From Prorocentrum cordatum (Eukaryota): a stretch of 55,623 bases of DNA. Below are positions 49,845-55,623 of this stretch, piece by piece. Position 1 is the first letter of the stretch, and every line of letters begins with the position of its first letter. The notes beneath the pieces are model-generated. The model did not search any database and was not told where the DNA came from. It saw nothing but the letters and a program-made list of their open reading frames with translations. The translations under genes were made by a program, and so were the position numbers. The stretch is from the NCBI GenBank assembly GCA_963575745.1, contig CAUYUJ010000147.1, forward strand, positions 62,001-117,623. The letters are read 5' to 3'.

Positions 49845-50450
49845 GAGAACGCCCACTGGGAGACCGCCGCGCGCAGCCGGCTGCACCTCGGGCGACGCGC
49901 CTGCCTGCGCCACGCCAGGCTGCCAGGCGGGCAGCTCTGCGGACGCCCGCTAGACGGCCGCGGCCACCACGGCGCCACCTGCCAGAACGGCGCCGGCGTC
50001 GTGCGCCGGCACGCGTGGCTCGTGTGCCGGCTGGGCGGCCTGCCGCGAAGGTTGCGGCACGAGCAGCCACTCTTCGAACAGAGAAGGTCCCCGAGCGGGA
50101 CGGGCAGCCGCTCGGCCGAGAGACGGAGCGCGCGGTGATCGACCTGGAGTACCAGGACGATGACAGGCGACACTGGCTCGATGTCGCGGTGCGAGATCCG
50201 GCCGCGGGAACACGGGCGGATAGGCGAGTGGCCGCCCAGCAGGGGGGGGAGCGCGACAAGCCCTCGCGTTACCCAGGCGAGCGCCTGGCCCCCTTCGTCC
50301 TCGATGTCGGGGTGATACTGGGCGCCGAGGCCCCTCTTTGGCGGAAGGCCGAGGTAAGCAGGCAGGACGACCAGAAGCAGCAGCCCGAGCTGGCCCGCGC
50401 CCACCAGGTGCTGAGCTGCGGGCTCCAAAAGCGAGCGCGCGCGCCAACAG
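49845..50450 (+). mobile_element. 3' fragment of a CRE/R2-type non-LTR retrotransposon (zinc knuckle + restriction-like endonuclease)
   Basis: ENAHWETAARSRL..CGRPLDGRGHHGATCQNGAGVVRRH, then after a frameshift RAVIDLEY..WLDVAVRDP..ERDKPSRYPG..LAPFVLDVG..LGAEA. This is the order expected for RLE-clade C-termini. Confidence 0.8.
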
Positions 50451-51006
50451 CGCGCCGCGGCGGGCCTGCGCTAGCCCCGTTTTGGGGGGGCTCTACCTCC
50501 TCGTCCTCCTCCTCCTCCTCCTGCCCTCCCCCTCTTCTTCCTCCTTCTTCGCGATAGTGTAACGCCTGGTCCCACGCCTGGTGTACGCCTCCGTGTTCTT
50601 CGCGCGCCTGGTTCCACGCGACCTCGGCGAAAGGGCCATCAGAAGCCCCCAGGAACCGTCAAGAGCGGCCACTGCTGGCACCCACCCACCCCTGGCCTCC
50701 CTCCAGGAGGCGTGGATTTTCACTTTCTGCTTTTGCTTAGGAGCCGTCTTCTCTCCCTCCACCTCTGTCCCTCTTCCCCTCCCCCCCCTTCTGTCTCCCC
50801 TCCCCCCGGCGTGCCCGGCGCGTGCGTTCGTGCACGGCGGGCACGCGCAACCTTCTGAGATCTCCGCGATCGCACCGGTGCAGTCGGGCCGGGGCTCCAG
50901 GTCCAGCTGGGCCGTTTCGCTCGGACGCCGCACAGCGATCCGAGCCACAGCTGGGGCGCCCTTGAGGCGTGAGCAGTCGGCGGACTGGCAACGGGGGACC
51001 CCGAGG

Positions 51007-51269
51007 GTCTGTCTGCCTGCCTGCCTGCATGCCTGTCTGTCTCTGTCTGTCTGTACGTCTGGCTGTCCATCTGTCCATCTCTCTGTCTGTCACTCTCTCC
51101 GTCTCTGTCTCTGTCTCTGTGCCTGTGCCTGTGCCTGTGTCTGTGTCTGTACCTGCACGCGCGCGCATGTGCTGTTTTCAACCCTCTACGCCTCGACGCT
51201 GCACGCGAGGCTGCGACGCCAAAAGGTCTGTTTCTGTATCTGCGTCTGTGTCCGTATCTGTGTCTCTGA

Positions 51270-51327
<58 letters not shown>

Positions 51328-51422
51328 TGTCTGTCTACCTCTGTCTACCTCTGTCTACCTCTGTCTCTCTCTCTCTCTTTCCCTCTCTGCGTCTGCTTCT
51401 CTGCATCTCTCTCTCTCTCTAT
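51007..51422. repeat. (TCTG)n/(TC)n microsatellite
   Basis: Seen directly. Confidence 0.95.
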
Positions 51423-51798
51423 CCAGCTTCCGTTCTCCCCTTCGCGCCGTGCTGCGACCTCCGAAAAAACCACTGCCCGCGCCTGCAGACTGGCGGCGTC
51501 GCACAAGACCTGCCGGACGATCTCCTCCACTCTCCACGGTGGGACCGAACTGAATCACTCCCCCCATCCGACTCCTCCATCGTCACCCACGTTGCTTTGC
51601 TTCATCATCTATCTTCCACCATCTCCTTCTCCATCCCTCCTTTCTCCTCCTCCTTCTCCTCCTCCCTCCCTCCCTCCCTCCCTCCTCCTACTCCTGCCTC
51701 CTTCCCTCCCTCCCCTCCCTCCCTCCCCCCCTCCCTCCCTCCCTCCTTCCCTCCCTCCCTCCCTCCTCCTTCTCCTCATCCTCCTCCTCTTCCTCTCA

Positions 51799-51839
51799 AG
51801 CACATGTGGCTCGAGGTTCATCCGTAGCTTTTGGCTTAG
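51799..51839 (+). other. Degenerate SL-like motifs
   Basis: agcacatgtggctcgag and tccgtagc--ttttggcttag follow a long pyrimidine tract and precede ~1 kb of lower-GC unique sequence. Confidence 0.5.
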
Positions 51840-53099
51840 TGATGGGCCTCCAGTGCCTTCTCGTGGCGCTTGGGGGGCTCCGATTTCTGCCGCGGACTTC
51901 GTCTTGCATCAGCCGTCGGATGGCGAGACTGGGCAAACCGTGAGTATGGCTTCGGTGGCGGTACACGGTGAGTAGCTCCTGTATTATTGGTCAGCCCTCG
52001 CTGGTACTGGCTTGGGCACGTGCCGATCGGTGTCATTATGTTCATGTATGGCCTTGTTGGCAGGTTCTCAATTCAGTTCATTTGATACTGCAGTTTCTGT
52101 CGTGCTTGTATATATTCCTATGCTGTACAAGTTTTTTTCATCGTGCCCATGGGATACCCACTGGGTTGTTACCCACAGGGTCTTGCGGCACTTTTTAGGT
52201 GTGACAATACGCTTGAGGACGGGCTGTTTACGGAGTGGGCGTGGCTACGGCTTTGCTGCATGACTGTTTGTGCTCGTGGTTGGCGGCATCAGTCGTATTC
52301 TCCTGTTTCCTTCGATTCAGCTGTTTCTTGGGTGTAATTGTCACTCCCATCAATTGTCACGTGGTCAGTTTTCCCCGCTCGTCGTGCAGAGCGTCTCGAT
52401 GAGCATGCAGGTATGGGACTTCAGCTGTCGGCGGTACTTCCTTTGGTCGGCTGGGGCGAGGTGGTTTGTAGGCGAGGCGAGCTCATTGATCGGTTTGAAT
52501 TAGCCCAATGATCTACAATGTCGCCGTGTCGGCACAGCTAGGGCCTCATAGAGTCAAACTCACTGCCGCTTAGCCACTGGCTATGTCATTGTGGAGACGT
52601 TTCGGAAAATTGGTTCCAAATCATTTGTGTTCATATTGGGCAGGCTTGGTAGTTTCTGTGGTATTGCTATGAAGGTCGTGTACGGATCGGCTTCTGCGGC
52701 TGGCAATATTCATCAGCTCCCTGCTGGCTCCTGGCCTTCGTCTTCTGGTTCGTCTACTTCGATTTCGAGCTCAGGGGGCGGCTTGTGTATCGTTTAGGCT
52801 ACGCCTTGGCAGAATCCCTAGAATTCCTCCTCCTCGTCCTCTTCCTCTTCCTCCTCCTCCTCCTCCTTCTCCTTCTCCTCCTCCCTACACCACGTTCTGG
52901 CTCCTCTTCCAGCACCTCGGGTCGGACGAAAGGGGGATAAACCAAGGAGAGGATTGGCGTACCAGCTCATGTAATTAGTTGACCTCTCTGCCTCCCTGTT
53001 CCTCCTCCACCTCCCCCTCCATCCCTACCGCCCTTATTCATATCATCAGTATACTCTTTTTTTCATCCTCTTCCACCTCCTCCTCCTCCTCCTCCTCCG

Positions 53100-53101
53100 C
53101 C

Positions 53102-53177
<76 letters not shown>

Positions 53178-53219
53178 CATCCTCATCCTCATCATCATCA
53201 TCATCATCATCATCATCAG

Positions 53220-53260
<41 letters not shown>

Positions 53261-53450
53261 GCATCATCATCATCATCACCATCATCATCATCATCCTCTT
53301 TCTTCTCCCCCTATACCACGTTCCACCATCACCATCATCATCACCACCACCACAACCACCGTCATCAGTATCATCATCACCATCGTCGTCATCCTCATTA
53401 TCACCACCATCACCACCACCACAACCACCATCAGCATTACCATCGTCATC
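53100..53450. repeat. (CAT)n/(CAC)n microsatellite
   Basis: Seen directly. Confidence 0.97.
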
Positions 53451-53451
53451 G

Positions 53452-53903
53452 TGATATGCTGTTTCGTTCGGCGGAGAATTGTATTCTGGAACTGACTGCT
53501 CGCGGCGATCAGCGGGCTGCTCCTCCACAGCCGAGGGACGAGGAAAACGGCCTCCTCCCGAGAACAATCACGGACAAGCAAAGTCGAACTGGCTTAGACC
53601 CGAGACTCCTTCCTGGGCAGGGCAAGCGGCGAATCAAAAAAAGGGCTTCGGTCGCAGCGGGTGCACGCAAGAGAGAAGCCCGACCACCGCTGCTACAAAC
53701 CTGAAGCGACACCCCTCTCCCCACGAATCATGTCCGCGCACGCATCCCCATGACATGCTGTTTCGTTCGGCGGAGCATTGAATTCTGGAACTGACTGCTC
53801 GCGGCGATCAGCGGGCTACCCTTCCACAGCCGAGGGACGAGGAAAACGGCCTCCTCCCGAGAACAAGCACGGACGAGCCAAACTGGTTTCGGCCCGAGAC
53901 TCC
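53452..53903. repeat. ~155-bp direct repeat pair (53452-53610 and 53751-53903) at the distal end of the YR element
   Basis: tga.atgctgtttcgttcggcggag.attg.attctggaactgactgctcgcggcgatcagcgggct...cccgagactcc occurs twice. Confidence 0.9.
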
Positions 53904-53910
53904 CACCCCC

Positions 53911-54545
53911 CTACACAGGGTTGAGGTTATATATTGAGGCTCTCGCAAGTGACACTAAAGACATAACGAGCGCGCGGTTCAAACCGTCAGGCCTCTTAAT
54001 TACAAATATTGCGCGGCTTATGCCGCCACTGTGTGGAAGCCCTGTGCTATCGCTGATTCCGGTGAGGCTGCGGCGCACACGATGGAGCCCTTCCAGGTCT
54101 TCGGGCTCGAGCCCAACGTGCATGGAAGTGCAGCGGTACCTCCGAGACGCCCCGAGCATGCATCTATTCCTCGTGAATTTCCTGCCACCGGCGGCAGGCA
54201 AATCCTCAGTACTAGGCGTGAGATGTGACCTCGCCCGATTCCCCTCTGGCATCTCAAGGACAAACGGAACTCGAACCTTTCAACGCATTCTACCAAGGCG
54301 ACTCAGTCTTCCGGCGAACCGTTTCACCTTGTAGCGGTTACATCGGCTGCCGCTTGCCTTGCTAGCACCTGGCAGCGCGGGCGAAACAAACAGGAGCAAC
54401 GCCTCCTTCCGCCTCAGATGGCCCGACACTCGCTGCTCCAGCGGAACGCCCAACCTCTGGTCGCCGAGCGCGTCTGCGCGCCGCGTCCAAGTGGGTGTGC
54501 CAGGGGGGGCCAGCTTTAATCCGACTGTGCTCGCGCGGTGTCCTA
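53911..54545 (-). pseudogene. Decayed C5 DNA-methyltransferase-like ORF downstream of the recombinase
   Basis: LKLAPPGTPTWTR (motif IV PPC-like, Cys lost), then RCMLGASR and LEGLHR..TGISDSTGLPH, resembling the C-terminal parts of dinoflagellate retroelement Dnmts. Frameshifted; recognition is from memory only. Confidence 0.45.
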
Positions 54546-55292
54546 TCACCAGCGCGTTGCTCCGCGCGGCGAGGGCTGGATGCCGCCTGGCGGCGGTGCC
54601 GCGCGGCCCTGCAGCAAGGCGGGCCCCCGCTCGCGCAGGCGCTGCTCGCCGTGGGCTAGAGGCGTCAGGTTGCGGATCTGCGTCCGCTGTCCCAGCCGAA
54701 CGCTCTTCTTGTACCTGGTCATGATTTTCAGCTGGGGCCCTCCTCCGCGGCGCTGCGCTTCCGCCAGGCTGCGCCCGCCCGTGGCGCGGCCGCTGCTCGC
54801 TCCCAAGCGCCGCGCCTGGCGCGACGTGGCCCGCCGCAGCTGACGCAGGATAATGGGGTCGTCGAGCTGCCGCGCTGTCCGTTGGTGGTTCAACCTCTGC
54901 AGCACTTCCAGAACAGGCCCGAGCCGCAGCGGCCGCGCCGAGTCCAGCTCCACGCTCAGGTCGGACTCCCCAACCTGGTCTGCCGTTGCCCACTCTTGCG
55001 GGCGCATGAGCAGCCCCCAGCGGCGGCCCCCACCGCGCGGCTTCACGATGTCCCCAGGGCGCAACCTGAAGAGGAAGGACGGCCTCGGGTACGTCGAGAC
55101 CGCCAGCGCTAGAAAGACTGCCATCATGCGGTGGCCTCTCAGTACCGAGCCAAGCATAAGGACGCACCAGGTAATCAGCGGCTCTGACATCCTGGCTCTG
55201 CCATGATAGTGGAGCGACGCGAGGTAACGAACGAGACGCGCGCCCATCGTAAGAAGTCCTGGTGGCCACCTCTCCTTCACCTGCTTCAGCAC
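54546..55292 (-). mobile_element. Tyrosine recombinase of a DIRS-like retrotransposon (decayed)
   Basis: Box I STYPRPSFLFRLRPGDIVKP, then WGLLMRPQE...GESDLSVELD. Box II RSLAEAQRRGG...MTRYKKSVRL with the catalytic Tyr. The element probably continues past the window end. Confidence 0.82.
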
Positions 55293-55623
55293 CCGATAAG
55301 TGCTGGGCTCGCGCGCGCGGCGTTGCTGCGCTCGACTCCAGGCAGCGGTCGATTATCACTTCGATCCCGGTCGCTCGAACGTCCGCCCGGTGCCTTTGCC
55401 TCGCCCGTCTCAACAGCCTCCGCTGGCGCTTGGCAGCGCTGGCGGCCCCTGACTCGCTGGTAGTGCCGCTCGAGCTTGCTCTGGCTGATCGAGCCTGCCT
55501 CCCAGTGATGCGCCTTCGGGCGTCGGCAGCCTTGGGCTCCGATGCCGCCTCCAGGCCCACTGTTAGGGCAGCGGCCGTCTCGCTGGCTGTCGGTCTCGGC
55601 GACGCCTGCGCCTGCCTGCTCTC

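Noticed and set aside
50581..51975. 464-aa Cys/Leu/Pro-rich ORF
   Set aside because: Made of (TCTG)n and (CCT)n repeats.
52979..53704. Poly-Ser/His/Met ORFs
   Set aside because: Translations of the (CAT)n microsatellite.

Overview
GC-rich, repeat-dense eukaryotic DNA, almost certainly a dinoflagellate nuclear genome (Prorocentrum-like is my inference). Evidence: a near-perfect dinoflagellate spliced leader (DinoSL) at 13810-13831 (-), decayed chlorophyll a/c LHC polyprotein units, and dinoflagellate-type retroelements. No intact multi-exon host gene could be assembled. The window is mostly retroposed material, nearly all on the minus strand. It holds an intronless PPR retrocopy headed by one full and two relict SLs, with a single in-frame TAG. 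It also holds two LHC fragments inside a chimeric ORF, three recognisable LINE ORF2s (RTE-like with C-terminal zinc fingers; one with RNase H; one full-length and starting with an SL core), and an orphan ORF1-like gene. There is also a CRE/R2-type restriction-like endonuclease fragment and a DIRS-type tyrosine recombinase followed by a DNA-methyltransferase-like remnant. Non-coding structure includes six MITE/foldback insertions, a 77-bp hairpin satellite with a conserved terminal module, and many microsatellites. The main candidate novelties are SL-headed retroelements next to (CCT)n tracts and an apparent T>C/A>G mutation bias in repeats. Most long ORFs in the supplied track are artefacts of high GC and low complexity.
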